Of a stretch of DNA of 64,000 nt, positions 1-9,139 are shown in pieces. Under the pieces are notes generated by a model that worked only from the letters and a program-made list of their open reading frames with translations, did no database searches and was not told the DNA's origin. This stretch comes from Sphingorhabdus sp. (GTDB lineage: Bacteria; Pseudomonadota; Alphaproteobacteria; Sphingomonadales; Sphingomonadaceae), in assembly GCF_041916035.1 (NCBI RefSeq), contig NZ_JAYSAI010000001.1. One strand, 5' to 3'. How positions within the stretch are numbered: the stretch's first letter is position 1; every line of letters begins with the position of its first letter. The translations under genes were made by a program, and so were the position numbers.

Positions 1-710
1 ACTTTCCGCTTCGCGGTCATATCTGCTGCCCATCATGCGGCAATCCTCTGACAGCAAATTACAGCAAGGGCAGGCAGGGTGCGGCCTATCCCTATTACCT
101 CTGCCGCCAGCGCGCCTGCGACCTTCGCGGCAAGTCGTATGCACGGGAGAAAGTGGAAGGCGCATTTGAAGCCCTTCTTCGTTCCGTCACTCCGGCGAAA
201 GAGCTGGTCGAGCTGGCCGCTGCTGCATTCCGAAATCACTGGAACAAGCAGGCGATGAATGCCGATCAATCGCGCAAGGCGATTGAGAAGGAACTCGCTG
301 AAATCGAGCGCAAGGTGAAGCAGTTGCTTGACCGGATCGTCGAGGCTGAAAGCCCGACGGTGATCAGCGCATACGAGAATCGTATCGCGGAATTGGAAAG
401 CACGAAGCTGCTTTTGAAGGATAAAATGGCTCGCGCAGCGCAACCAAAGCGGGACTTTGACGAAAGCTTTCGAAACGCCTTGGCGTTTCTCGCAAGCCCT
501 TGGAATCTTTGGAAGAATGGATCACTTGCGGAGAAGAAGATGGCCCTCAGGCTCACCTTTCCGAAGCATTTGGTCTATGACCCAAAAGGAGCCGTTCGAA
601 ACACCGAATTGTCCTTTCCATTCAAGATGTTATTCGACTTGAACAACCCAAAAATGGAAATGGCGCACCCGACAGGATTCGAACCTGTGGCCCCCAGATT
701 AGGAATCTGA
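1..710. mobile_element. Boundary of an integrated element (genomic island/prophage/ICE) adjacent to the 3' end of tRNA-Arg
   Basis: An integrase gene abuts and overlaps a tRNA 3' end, and core genes resume immediately after the tRNA. The other att end is not visible in this window. Confidence 0.7.
3..710 (+). CDS. Large serine recombinase/integrase, C-terminal part (zinc ribbon + coiled coil); 5' end lies outside the window
   Basis: The frame is open from base 3: FPLRGHICCPSCGNPLTANYSKGRQGAAYPYYLCRQRAC matches the LRG..C..CG...YY.C zinc ribbon of large serine recombinases, followed by a coiled coil (RKAIEKELAEIERKVKQLL). The stop TGA at 708-710 lies inside the tRNA antisense strand. Confidence 0.88.
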   Translation, partial: FPLRGHICCPSCGNPLTANYSKGRQGAAYPYYLCRQRACDLRGKSYAREKVEGAFEALLRSVTPAKELVELAAAAFRNHWNKQAMNADQSRKAIEKELAEIERKVKQLLDRIVEAESPTVISAYENRIAELESTKLLLKDKMARAAQPKRDFDESFRNALAFLASPWNLWKNGSLAEKKMALRLTFPKHLVYDPKGAVRNTELSFPFKMLFDLNNPKMEMAHPTGFEPVAPRLGI

Positions 711-737
711 TGCTCTATCCTGCTGAGCTACGGGTGC
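661..737 (-). tRNA. tRNA-Arg (anticodon CCT)
   Basis: Reverse complement is GCACCCGTAGCTCAGCAGGATAGAGCATCAGATTCCTAATCTGGGGGCCACAGGTTCGAATCCTGTCGGGTGCGCCA: acceptor stem GCACCCG/CGGGTGC, anticodon loop TTCCTAA, T-loop GTTCGAATC, encoded CCA. Confidence 0.97.
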
Positions 738-772
738 GCCGCCGCAGGCTTTAGCCGCGCTGCGCAGAGGCG

Positions 773-1255
773 TCAATTTTTGGCTTCGGGCGGGACAAAG
801 GGCAAGGGCAGCGGTGCGACCGCGATGCCTTCGTCATGCAGTTCGCGCGCGTCGTCGATGGTGGTGCTGCCATGGATCGTGCGGTCGGGCGCATCGCCAT
901 AATGGATGGCGCGCGCCTCGTCGGCAAAGCGGTCCCCCACCCAATCGGATTTTTCGAGCATTTTGGACTGCATTTCGGCGATCCGGCCGATCATCTCCAC
1001 CATCTCTGCGGGCATTTCCGGCATATTTGCCACCGCAACCGATTCTTCGCCATCGGCGCTGCGCCGCGCCGTCGAAGCCTGATTGCCCTTGCGGCCGACA
1101 TTGGGGGCCATCACCGCCTTGTCGACTGCGACATCGCCGCACACCGGGCACGACAGCAAGCCGCCAAGCTTCTGCTGTTCAAAATCATCCGAACTGCCAA
1201 ACCAGCCTTCGAAGCGGTGCGCACCCGCCCTGCAAACCAGATCGAACGCAATCAT
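773..1255 (-). CDS. DUF1178 family protein
   Basis: MIAFDLVC...HRFEGWFGSSDDF...CPVCG...KAVMAP and FADEARAIHYG are typical of DUF1178. Confidence 0.9.
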   Translation of the reverse strand: MIAFDLVCRAGAHRFEGWFGSSDDFEQQKLGGLLSCPVCGDVAVDKAVMAPNVGRKGNQASTARRSADGEESVAVANMPEMPAEMVEMIGRIAEMQSKMLEKSDWVGDRFADEARAIHYGDAPDRTIHGSTTIDDARELHDEGIAVAPLPLPFVPPEAKN

Positions 1256-1259
1256 GCGA

Positions 1260-1520
1260 TCAATGGCCTGCCAGCATCAGATCGAGCTTGCCCGCGCTTT
1301 CCAGCGCCACCAGATCGTCACAGCCGCCGACATGATATCCGTTGATGAAAATCTGCGGCACCGTCGTCCGCCCATTGGCACGCGCCAGCATGTCATCGCG
1401 CGCGGCGCCGCCACTGGCATCGCGTTCGGTATAGGCTACGCCCTTGGAATCCAGCAGTGCCTTTGCCCGATAGCAGAAGGGGCAGGCAAATTTGGTGAAG
1501 ATTTCGACATTCGCGCTCAT
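1260..1520 (-). CDS. grxC: Glutaredoxin 3
   Basis: CPFC active site, GRTTVPQIFING, VGGCDDL. Start placed at MSANVEIFTK. Confidence 0.93.
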   Translation of the reverse strand: MSANVEIFTKFACPFCYRAKALLDSKGVAYTERDASGGAARDDMLARANGRTTVPQIFINGYHVGGCDDLVALESAGKLDLMLAGH

Positions 1521-1551
1521 GGCTGACACATGGGAAGCTGCCGCCCGCTAG

Positions 1552-2316
1552 TCAAGAGAGGGCATGATCCGGTGACACCTGTTCCAGCGCGTCGGGCAGC
1601 ACACGTGCCCAGCAGAATATGGTCACGCTCGCTGCACCCGCCTTTCGCAGCGTCTTCACACAGGCATCGGCGGTCGCGCCGCTGGTATAAACATCGTCGA
1701 CCAGGATCAGGGCACGGTTGGCGATCCGGCCGCGCTGCCGTTCGTTGATGGCAAAGACGCCGCTGACCATCGCCGCCCGTTCCCGCGCCGTCAGCCCACC
1801 CAGGGGGCGTGTGCGTCGCGTGCGCAGCAGCATATCCGGGCAATGGTCGCACCCCGACAGTCTGGCGAGTTCGGCCGCAATCAGCGCGGACTGGTTGTAG
1901 CGGCGATACCAAAGCCGGGTCCAGTGCAGCGGAACCGGCACGATCAGCGCGCCTTGGGGGATCGATCCGATGTGCCGCCGCAGCGTCGCGGCAATCAGCC
2001 GCGCAAGGCCGATCTTGCCGCCATGCTTCAGTTTGAGGGCAATCTCACGCGATATGTCGCCATAGGCAACCGCAGCCTTGATGCCTGCATGGCGCGGCGG
2101 CTGGACAAGGCAGGCCGCACATTGCGCAGCATGATCTGCGGCAAAAGGCAAAGGCAGATCACAGGTCGCGCAACAGGGTTGCGACAGCAGGTGCAGCTGC
2201 TGCCAGCAGCCCGGGCAAAACTGGTCCTGCGCGGGGGTGATCTGGCCGCAACCGGGGCAACGCGGCGGCAGGGCAAAATCGGCAAGGATTTTCAGCGGAT
2301 AGGTCAACGCCTGCAT
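1552..2316 (-). CDS. comF: ComF family protein (double zinc ribbon + phosphoribosyltransferase-like)
   Basis: PPRCPGC/CPGC and CATC/CAAC zinc motifs, VPVPLH..R...RRYNQS, LVDDVYTSGAT. Start placed at MQALTYP. Confidence 0.92.
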   Translation of the reverse strand: MQALTYPLKILADFALPPRCPGCGQITPAQDQFCPGCWQQLHLLSQPCCATCDLPLPFAADHAAQCAACLVQPPRHAGIKAAVAYGDISREIALKLKHGGKIGLARLIAATLRRHIGSIPQGALIVPVPLHWTRLWYRRYNQSALIAAELARLSGCDHCPDMLLRTRRTRPLGGLTARERAAMVSGVFAINERQRGRIANRALILVDDVYTSGATADACVKTLRKAGAASVTIFCWARVLPDALEQVSPDHALS

Positions 2317-2358
2317 ATCGCCCTTGTCGGATATTATTGCACACGGCACAAGCGCGGC

Positions 2359-3186
2359 ATGGACCAACCCTCGCCGCCCGAAATATTCGACCGTCGCCGC
2401 CGTCGCGCGCTGCAATTGCGCGCGGCACAGCGGAGCGTGGCGACACATTTCCTTTGGGCGCTATTGGCCGAGGATATTGCAGACCGGCTGGCCTGCACCA
2501 CGCGCAATTTCGATAAATGCCTGCTTGTCGGGCCGCTGGCACCCCAGGCCGCCACGATCGTCGGCACCAAGGCGGCAACCGTGGAAACAATCGCCGTTGC
2601 CGACGAGGACCGGCTGAATCCCGAACCCGGCAGTTACGACCTGATCATCGCTGCCGGGGCGCTGGACAGCGTCAACGACCTGCCGGGCGCATTGGTGCAG
2701 TTTCGCCGCGCGCTTCGCCCCGACGGCCTGTTTCTGGGCGCGATGTTCGGCGCAGGAACGCTCGCCAGCCTGAAAAAGGCGATGATGGTCGCCGATGGCG
2801 CTCGCACGATGCCGCATATCCATCCGCAGGTCGAATTGCGGGCTGCAGCCGATCTGCTGGCGCGCACCGGCTATGCCATGCAGGTGGCGGACAGGGCCGG
2901 GACGGACGTCCGCTATGGCGACTGGCGGACATTGGTCGCCGACCTGCGCGATGCCGGTGTCGGCAACAGTCTGGCCGGACCGCGAGGCTATATGGGCCGC
3001 GCCTATCCGCATCGTCTCGACGCAGCCTGGGCCGTCATGCGCGATGGGTCGGGCAAGGTAAGCGAGCGCTTCGAATTCCTGCACCTCAGCGGCTGGGCCC
3101 CCGCGCCTGACCAGCCCAAACCGGCGCGCCGGGGCAGCGCCACCGTCTCTTTGGCGGCGGTGCTCGACAGGTCGGACAGGATTTGA
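2359..3186 (+). CDS. SAM-dependent methyltransferase (BioC-like, alphaproteobacterial type)
   Basis: MDQPSPPEIFDRRRR, YDLII...LDSVNDLPGALVQFRRALRPDGLFLGAMFG; divergent from comF, the usual synteny. Confidence 0.85.
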   Translation: MDQPSPPEIFDRRRRRALQLRAAQRSVATHFLWALLAEDIADRLACTTRNFDKCLLVGPLAPQAATIVGTKAATVETIAVADEDRLNPEPGSYDLIIAAGALDSVNDLPGALVQFRRALRPDGLFLGAMFGAGTLASLKKAMMVADGARTMPHIHPQVELRAAADLLARTGYAMQVADRAGTDVRYGDWRTLVADLRDAGVGNSLAGPRGYMGRAYPHRLDAAWAVMRDGSGKVSERFEFLHLSGWAPAPDQPKPARRGSATVSLAAVLDRSDRI

Positions 3187-3262
3187 TCTGCCTGCAAGCA
3201 CACGTCGCTTCGAAAGCAACGCCATTTTGACGCCTCAACGCGGATTTGGACAGATTCTGACC

Positions 3263-3679
3263 CTAATCCTGTAAAATCTTCTCCAGCAAGGCGATCAACG
3301 GCAGGTCGGCGGGGGGCATCGGCAGGCTGTGCATCTGATCGAGGCCGAACCATCCCAGCTCCTGCCCCTCCAGCGGCTCAGGCAGGCCCGCCCACGCCCG
3401 GCAGACATAGAGCAATAGCAGCAGGTCGCGTTCGCCGATCGACGCGCTGGCAAAGCAGGCAGGCACAAGATCGGCCGGTTCGGCGACGATGGCCAGTTCT
3501 TCGGCAAGCTCGCGCGCCAGCGCCGCCTCGGGCTGCTCCCCGGCTTCCAGCTTGCCGCCGGGAAACTCCCAAAGCCCAGCCATTTCGCGGCCTTCCGGGC
3601 GTTTTTGCAGCAGAATATGGCCGTCGTCGCGAACCAGCGCGGCGGCCACCACCAGCAATAATGTCGGATTTTTTTTCAA
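3263..3679 (-). CDS. mutT: NUDIX hydrolase, MutT-like 8-oxo-dGTP diphosphatase
   Basis: Nudix box WEFPGGKLEAGEQPEAALARELAEELAI; C-terminal PMPPAD. Confidence 0.88.
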   Translation of the reverse strand: MKKNPTLLLVVAAALVRDDGHILLQKRPEGREMAGLWEFPGGKLEAGEQPEAALARELAEELAIVAEPADLVPACFASASIGERDLLLLLYVCRAWAGLPEPLEGQELGWFGLDQMHSLPMPPADLPLIALLEKILQD

Positions 3680-3745
3680 CTTCGCTCCGCTTGGAAAGAT
3701 TTTGTTAACGGGTCTGTGAAAAAACAGGGGGGTCGGAACCCTGAC

Positions 3746-3940
3746 ATGAAATGGAACCAGATCATGTTGAAGTTTTTTATGGGCATTGTGAAGTGCCAGA
3801 ATGGGGCGACGGCAGTGGAATATGGACTGATATTGTCATTGCTCGTGATTGCCATGATGGCAGCACTGGGAAATGTCGCCGGTTCGACGACCAATATGTG
3901 GAACGATGTTTCGAACGATATAACCGAAGCATCGGATTGA
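3746..3940 (+). CDS. Flp/Fap (type IVc/Tad) pilin
   Basis: G|ATAVEYGLILSLLVIAMM prepilin cleavage and Flp motif; 64 aa. Confidence 0.85.
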   Translation: MKWNQIMLKFFMGIVKCQNGATAVEYGLILSLLVIAMMAALGNVAGSTTNMWNDVSNDITEASD

Positions 3941-4043
3941 ACGACCACATTAACGAATTGGTAGGAGAGTCGGTTTTATCAGTTCATGGACAGCCAGTTT
4001 TCTTGCCGGCTGCCGGGTGAACAAGTTGAACAGGAGACCTGAG

Positions 4044-4208
4044 ATGAAAATGATCAAGAAGCTTTTCAAGAACGAAGAAGGTGCAACCGCCATCGAATAC
4101 GGCCTGATCGCTGCGCTGATCGCCGTTGCTGCTATCGCAGCCATGTCGAGCCTCGGCAACAATCTGTCGAACACCTTCAACGACGTGAACAACGAACTCG
4201 ACGGCTAA
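4044..4208 (+). CDS. pilA: Flp/Fap pilin (PilA-like major pilin)
   Basis: EEG|ATAIEYGLIAALIAVAAI; SD AGGAGA upstream; followed by a hairpin and an intrinsic terminator. Confidence 0.9.
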   Translation: MKMIKKLFKNEEGATAIEYGLIAALIAVAAIAAMSSLGNNLSNTFNDVNNELDG

Positions 4209-4260
4209 TCGCCGCGGTCGTTGGGTCCGGCAACCGCCGGGCCAACGTTTGAAGAAATGA

Positions 4261-4296
4261 GGGCGGGAACCGAAAGGTTTCCGCCCTTTTTCTTTT
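4261..4296 (+). terminator. Intrinsic terminator after the pilin genes
   Basis: GGGCGGGAAC-CGAAAG-GTTTCCGCCC followed by TTTTTCTTTT. Confidence 0.85.
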
Positions 4297-4347
4297 AATT
4301 TTTCAGTGGCCCATATTAACCAATTGGCAGCCAATCGCTGCTAGGCC

Positions 4348-4797
4348 ATGCATAGAAGCAGCCAATCTTACCGAGTGCAGCGATACGCCATGAACAAGCC
4401 GGTTGAACAAGTGACGATGAACGACGCGCCCGAATCGCAACGCACGAACGGTCGTAACAGCTTGTTGCTGAAGGCAGTTCTGCGCTTCCCCAACAGCGGA
4501 CAGGAACGTGAAGTGCGCGTTCGCAACCTTTCGTCGGGTGGTTTGATGGCTGAGGCCCCGGTTCAGGCGAGTCGCGGCGAAGTCGTTGAAGTGAACCTGA
4601 AAAATCTTGGCTGGGTCACCGGCAAGGTCGCCTGGGTCGCCGAAAGCCGCTTTGGCATCGCCTTTGATTGCCCGGTCGATCCGAAGGCCGCCCGCCAGAA
4701 TATATCGACGGGCGCGGCCGACGAAAACATGCCGCATTATCTGCGCAAGCTGAACAATCAGGCGCAGGCGCCCAAGCCGCCGCTGCGCCGGATCTGA
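4348..4797 (+). CDS. PilZ domain protein (c-di-GMP receptor)
   Basis: RxxxR (QRTNGRNSL) and N/DxSxxG (NLSSGG) motifs. Confidence 0.85.
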   Translation: MHRSSQSYRVQRYAMNKPVEQVTMNDAPESQRTNGRNSLLLKAVLRFPNSGQEREVRVRNLSSGGLMAEAPVQASRGEVVEVNLKNLGWVTGKVAWVAESRFGIAFDCPVDPKAARQNISTGAADENMPHYLRKLNNQAQAPKPPLRRI

Positions 4798-4799
4798 CC

Positions 4800-5507
4800 C
4801 TAGCCGTTCAGGCAGTAGATATCGACCGGAACGGTCAGCGCATCGATAACGCGGCCGACCGGATAGGCCGATTTCTTCCCATCCTCGATCGCCTGTTCCA
4901 GCAGCTGCTGCTTTTCGGCACCGCTGATGACGAACATCGTTGTGCGCGCCTCGGCAATCGCCGGTGCGGTCAGGGTAACCCGGTCGACCGGCGCTTCGGG
5001 CGGCAAGGGATCGGGACGCACGCCGATGGCACGCACCGATTTCGCCGGATTCATCGCTTCTTCAAGGTCGGCACCGGGAAAAATCGAGGCTGTATGGCCA
5101 TCGGCGCCCATGCCGAGCCAGACCAGATCGGGTGGCCAGTGCAGATCGGCAAGACGCGCATTGGCCGCACCACCCGCCAGCTTGTAATCCGCCGCTTCGC
5201 TGTTCAGCGGCAATACGCGCGCACCTTTGGGCAGGAAAATCTTCGCCAGCATCGCGACATTGGACAGCGGATCGCTGACCGGAACCAGCCGCTCGTCGGT
5301 CGGGATGATCGTCACGCCTTTCCAGCGCAGCGGCGCTTCCGCCAGTTTTTCGAGGATCGGTCGGGGCGTGCTGCCGCCGGGAAAGGCGACCAGCGCCTGC
5401 CCGCGCGCATCGAGCGCGCTTTCGATGATGAAGGTCACGTCACCGACGACGCCCTCGACAAATTCTTCGGCCGAATCAAATTCCCACCACTCGATTTCTT
5501 CGGCCAT
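4800..5507 (-). CDS. pgl: 6-phosphogluconolactonase
   Basis: FPGGSTP, DERLVP, LGMGADGHTASIFPG, RVTLT. Confidence 0.93.
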   Translation of the reverse strand: MAEEIEWWEFDSAEEFVEGVVGDVTFIIESALDARGQALVAFPGGSTPRPILEKLAEAPLRWKGVTIIPTDERLVPVSDPLSNVAMLAKIFLPKGARVLPLNSEAADYKLAGGAANARLADLHWPPDLVWLGMGADGHTASIFPGADLEEAMNPAKSVRAIGVRPDPLPPEAPVDRVTLTAPAIAEARTTMFVISGAEKQQLLEQAIEDGKKSAYPVGRVIDALTVPVDIYCLNG

Positions 5508-5525
5508 GTCGCCTTTTCCCCAGAA

Positions 5526-6140
5526 TTATGGCGCGAGCGCTGAAGCCGCGCGTGCCGCAGCCTCTATCGCCGCGACGTCCGGCGTTCCTTTAGCAACAAG
5601 CCAGCTTCCGCCAACACATAAAATCTCGGGCACCGCCAGCCAGTCGGCGGCGCTATCCTGCCGGATGCCGCCGGTGGGGCAGAATTTGCACTGGCCAAAG
5701 GGGCCGATCAGCGATTTCAGCGCGGGCAAGCCGCCATTGGCCTCTGCCGGGAAGAATTTGAAATGCGTCAGGCCGAGGTCGAGCCCGCGCATGATATCAC
5801 CGGCATTGGCCACGCCGGGCAGGAAGGGGATTCCCTTTTCCACTGCCGCCGCGCCCAGCCGGTCGGTCAGCCCCGGCGAAACGATGAATTCGCTGCCCGC
5901 CGCAATCGCGCTTTCCAACCCGGCAATGTCGACCACCGTTCCCGCGCCGACAATCGCGCCCGGAACCTTCTTCATCTCGCGGATCGCATCGAGCCCGGCT
6001 GCGGTGCGCAACGTCACTTCAAGCACACGCAGCCCGCCCGCGACCAGCGCTTCGGCAATGGGCCGGGCATGGGCGACATCGTCGATCACCAGCACGGGGA
6101 TGACGGGCGCGGTGCGCATGATGGTTTCGATTGCTTTCAT
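5526..6140 (-). CDS. eda: KDPG/KHG aldolase
   Basis: LEVTLRT, GAGTV, FKFFPAE, FCPTGGI. Confidence 0.95.
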   Translation of the reverse strand: MKAIETIMRTAPVIPVLVIDDVAHARPIAEALVAGGLRVLEVTLRTAAGLDAIREMKKVPGAIVGAGTVVDIAGLESAIAAGSEFIVSPGLTDRLGAAAVEKGIPFLPGVANAGDIMRGLDLGLTHFKFFPAEANGGLPALKSLIGPFGQCKFCPTGGIRQDSAADWLAVPEILCVGGSWLVAKGTPDVAAIEAAARAASALAP

Positions 6141-6149
6141 TGGGTGTCC

Positions 6150-7121
6150 TTATCCATGCTGGCGGGCAAAGGCCGCCGCCGCGCCGAACAGCCCCGGCTG
6201 CGGGTGGGTGATCAGCTTGACCGGCAGCCCGGCCATCAGGCCTTCAAAGCGCCCCTTGGCGCGGAATCGTTCGGCAAAGCCCGAACGCAGCAGCGTATCC
6301 TTGATCCGCAGGCCAAGCCCGCCTGCGATCACGACCCCGGCAAAACCGCCCTGCGCAAGCGCGATATCGCCCGCGACGCTGCCGAGCGAAAGGCAGAAGC
6401 GGTCGACCGCGGCGGCGGCCAGGCTGTCTTCGCCCGAGGTGCCGAGCGCCCATAATGCCTTGTCGTCGAGCTGCTGGATCGCGCGCCCCTCGATACTGGC
6501 GAGCGTTTCGTAAATCTCGACCAGCCCCGGCCCCGAAACCACGCGTTCGGCCGACACACGGCGATGGCGTTTGCGCAGCCGCGCCAGGATCGCATCCTCG
6601 ATCGCGTCGAGCGGGGCGAAATCGATATGTCCGCCCTCGGTCGCCTGCACATGATAGCCCGAATCGACCCGCAACACATGCGCCACGCCAAGCCCGGTGC
6701 CGGGGCCGATGATGCTCACCGTTCCGGTTTCGGCCAAAGGCGCGTCGGGCCCGCACAGATGCACGAAATGTTCGGCCCCCGCCTGCGCCACCGCATGCCC
6801 GACCGCCTCGAAATCGTTGACCAGCGTATAGGCATCGACCTTCAGCTTTTCGCCGATCAGCGCCGGGCGGATGATCCACGGATTGTTGGTGAACTTGATC
6901 ACCTCGGCATTGATCGGCCCGGCAATCGCGATCGCCACCGCCTGCGGGATCGGCGCGTCGAGCATCGCGTCAAACGCCTCCCACGCGGTCTGGAAAGAGG
7001 CATGTTCGGCGGTTTTCATCGTCACCGGTTCGCCCAGCGACACCACCTTGCCGCCTGCCACCGTGGCCAGGGCAAAGCGCGCATGGGTGCCGCCGATATC
7101 GACCGTTACAATCGACCTCAC
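6150..7121 (-). CDS. glk: Glucokinase
   Basis: [31 protein letters not shown] start overlaps the edd stop (GTGA). Confidence 0.93.
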   Translation of the reverse strand: MRSIVTVDIGGTHARFALATVAGGKVVSLGEPVTMKTAEHASFQTAWEAFDAMLDAPIPQAVAIAIAGPINAEVIKFTNNPWIIRPALIGEKLKVDAYTLVNDFEAVGHAVAQAGAEHFVHLCGPDAPLAETGTVSIIGPGTGLGVAHVLRVDSGYHVQATEGGHIDFAPLDAIEDAILARLRKRHRRVSAERVVSGPGLVEIYETLASIEGRAIQQLDDKALWALGTSGEDSLAAAAVDRFCLSLGSVAGDIALAQGGFAGVVIAGGLGLRIKDTLLRSGFAERFRAKGRFEGLMAGLPVKLITHPQPGLFGAAAAFARQHG

Positions 7122-8947
7122 AGCCCCGCCTCCGAAAGCATCGCCGATCCGCCCCGTTCGGCTTCGTCGGCATGGTGGCGCATGATCGCGAAAAGTTCGC
7201 GACCGACGCCGGGGGCTACGGGCGGCTGCCTTGCCGGTTCGCGCGCGGCCCATTCGCCAGCGTCGACCAGCGCCTCAAGACTGCCGCGATTGGCGCACAG
7301 GCGGACAATATCGCCGTCGCGTAGCCGGGCGAGCGGGCCGCCCTTGACGGCTTCGGGGCTGATATGGATCGCGGCGGGCACCTTGCCGCTCGCCCCCGAC
7401 ATCCGGCCATCGGTGACGAGCGCAACCCTGAAGCCCTTGTCCTGCAGCACGCCCAAGGCCGGTGTCAGCTTGTGCAATTCGGGCATGCCATTGGCGGCAG
7501 GCCCCTGAAAACGCACCACGACCACAACGTCGCGGTCGAGTTCGCCCGCCTTGAAGGCGGCGAGCACTTCATTCTGGTCGGCAAATACGCGCGCCGGGGC
7601 CTCGATCGTCCAGCGCGCTTCATCGACCGCGCTGGTCTTGAAGGTGCCGCGCCCCAGATTGCCCTGCACCAGCCGCATCCCGCCATCGGGGCGGAAGGGA
7701 TCGGCAACCCCGCGCAGGATCGATTCATCGCCGGACGAGGCCGGAGCGGCATCCCAGACCAGCGTGTCGCCATCGATCCGCGGCTCGCGCGCGCCCGCGC
7801 TGAGGCCGCCGCCATAGACGGTCAGGATGTCGTCATGCGCCAGCCCCGCCTCGACCAGCTCGCGGATAACAAAGGGCATGCCGCCTGCTGCCGCGAAATA
7901 GTTCACATCGCCCGGGCCATTGGGATAGACCCGCGCGATCAGCGGCACCACCGACGACAGATCGTCCATATCCTGCCAGTCGACAATGATCCCCGCCGCG
8001 CGCGCAATCGCGGGCAGATGCAGCACATGGTTGGTCGATCCGCCCGTTGCCAGCAGCCCGACAATCGCGTTCACAATCGCCTTTTCGTCGACGCATTGCC
8101 CCAAGGGGCGGTAATCCTCATTTGGCTGATCGTCGCTGGCCCAGCCGATTTCGGTGATCCGGTGCGTCGCCGCGCGCGTCAGTTCCTGCCGCAGCTTCGT
8201 ACCGGGGTTGCAGAAACTGGAGCCGGGCATGTGGAGGCCCATCATCTCCATCATCATCTGGTTCGAATTGGCGGTGCCGTAAAAGGTGCAGGTGCCCGCG
8301 CCATGATAGGAGGCGGCTTCGGCCTCGAGCAGTTCATCACGCCCGACCTTGCCCTCGGCAAACAACTGGCGGACGCGCTGTTTTTCCTTGTTGGCAAGGC
8401 CCGACGGCATCGGCCCTGCCGGGATCAGGATCATCGGCAAATGGCCAAAGCGCAGCGCGCCGATCAGCAGGCCGGGGACGATCTTGTCGCACAGCCCCAG
8501 CAGCAGCGCGCCTTCGAACATGCCGTGGCTGAGGCCGACGGCGGTGCCCATCGCGATCGTGTCGCGGCTGAACAGCGACAGCTCCATCGACAGCTGCCCC
8601 TGCGTTACCCCGTCGCACATCGCCGGAACCCCGCCCGCGACCTGCGCGGTCGCGCCCCGTTCGCGCGCCCACAGCTTGATCTGTTCGGGATAGCGGCCAT
8701 AGGGCTGATGCGCCGACAGCATGTCGTTATAGGCGGTGATGATCCCGATATTCATCGCCTTGCCGCCACGGATAGCCGCCTTGTCGTCGCCGCTGGCGGC
8801 AAAGCCGTGCGCGAGGTTTCCGCACGACAGCGTTGGCCGGTTCACCCCGGCATCGCGCGCGCGCGCGATTATATCAAGATAGGCAGTGCGCCCCGGCCGC
8901 GACCGTTCGATGATGCGGTTGGTGACGGCTTCAACGACGGGGTTCAT
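7118..8947 (-). CDS. edd: Phosphogluconate dehydratase
   Basis: [41 protein letters not shown]. Start placed at MNPVVEAVT with SD GAGGAG. Confidence 0.96.
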   Translation of the reverse strand: MNPVVEAVTNRIIERSRPGRTAYLDIIARARDAGVNRPTLSCGNLAHGFAASGDDKAAIRGGKAMNIGIITAYNDMLSAHQPYGRYPEQIKLWARERGATAQVAGGVPAMCDGVTQGQLSMELSLFSRDTIAMGTAVGLSHGMFEGALLLGLCDKIVPGLLIGALRFGHLPMILIPAGPMPSGLANKEKQRVRQLFAEGKVGRDELLEAEAASYHGAGTCTFYGTANSNQMMMEMMGLHMPGSSFCNPGTKLRQELTRAATHRITEIGWASDDQPNEDYRPLGQCVDEKAIVNAIVGLLATGGSTNHVLHLPAIARAAGIIVDWQDMDDLSSVVPLIARVYPNGPGDVNYFAAAGGMPFVIRELVEAGLAHDDILTVYGGGLSAGAREPRIDGDTLVWDAAPASSGDESILRGVADPFRPDGGMRLVQGNLGRGTFKTSAVDEARWTIEAPARVFADQNEVLAAFKAGELDRDVVVVVRFQGPAANGMPELHKLTPALGVLQDKGFRVALVTDGRMSGASGKVPAAIHISPEAVKGGPLARLRDGDIVRLCANRGSLEALVDAGEWAAREPARQPPVAPGVGRELFAIMRHHADEAERGGSAMLSEAGL

Positions 8948-8957
8948 CGGACAATCT

Positions 8958-9128
8958 CCTCTCTCCCCTCGCGGGAGAGAAAGACTTGGCTTGGCAACTT
9001 GTTGCCTAGCAAGTCTTGTGTGGGGGCTGCACTCCTGGTTGGCGAGCCTGCGGCTCGCGCACCCACACCAACTCTGCCTAGGCAGCAAGCTGCCAAGGCT
9101 CCGTATCCTCTCCCGTCAAGGGAGAGGA
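8958..9128. repeat. Highly structured intergenic REP/MITE-like element between zwf and edd
   Basis: Terminal hairpins CTCTCCCCTCGCGGGAGAG and CCTCTCCCGTCAAGGGAGAGG; internal hairpins AGACTTG..GGCAAC-TT-GTTGCC..CAAGTCT, GCGAGCC-TGC-GGCTCGC and GGCAGC-AA-GCTGCC. Confidence 0.8.
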
Positions 9129-9139
9129 AGTTCACCAAC

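Noticed and set aside
1843-2358. N-terminal extensions given by the ORF track (methyltransferase, and similarly glk, edd, acnA, EAL protein, TetR, DUF2063, desaturase)
   Set aside because: They overlap neighbouring genes or repeats; downstream starts with SD sequences and family-typical N-termini were chosen instead.
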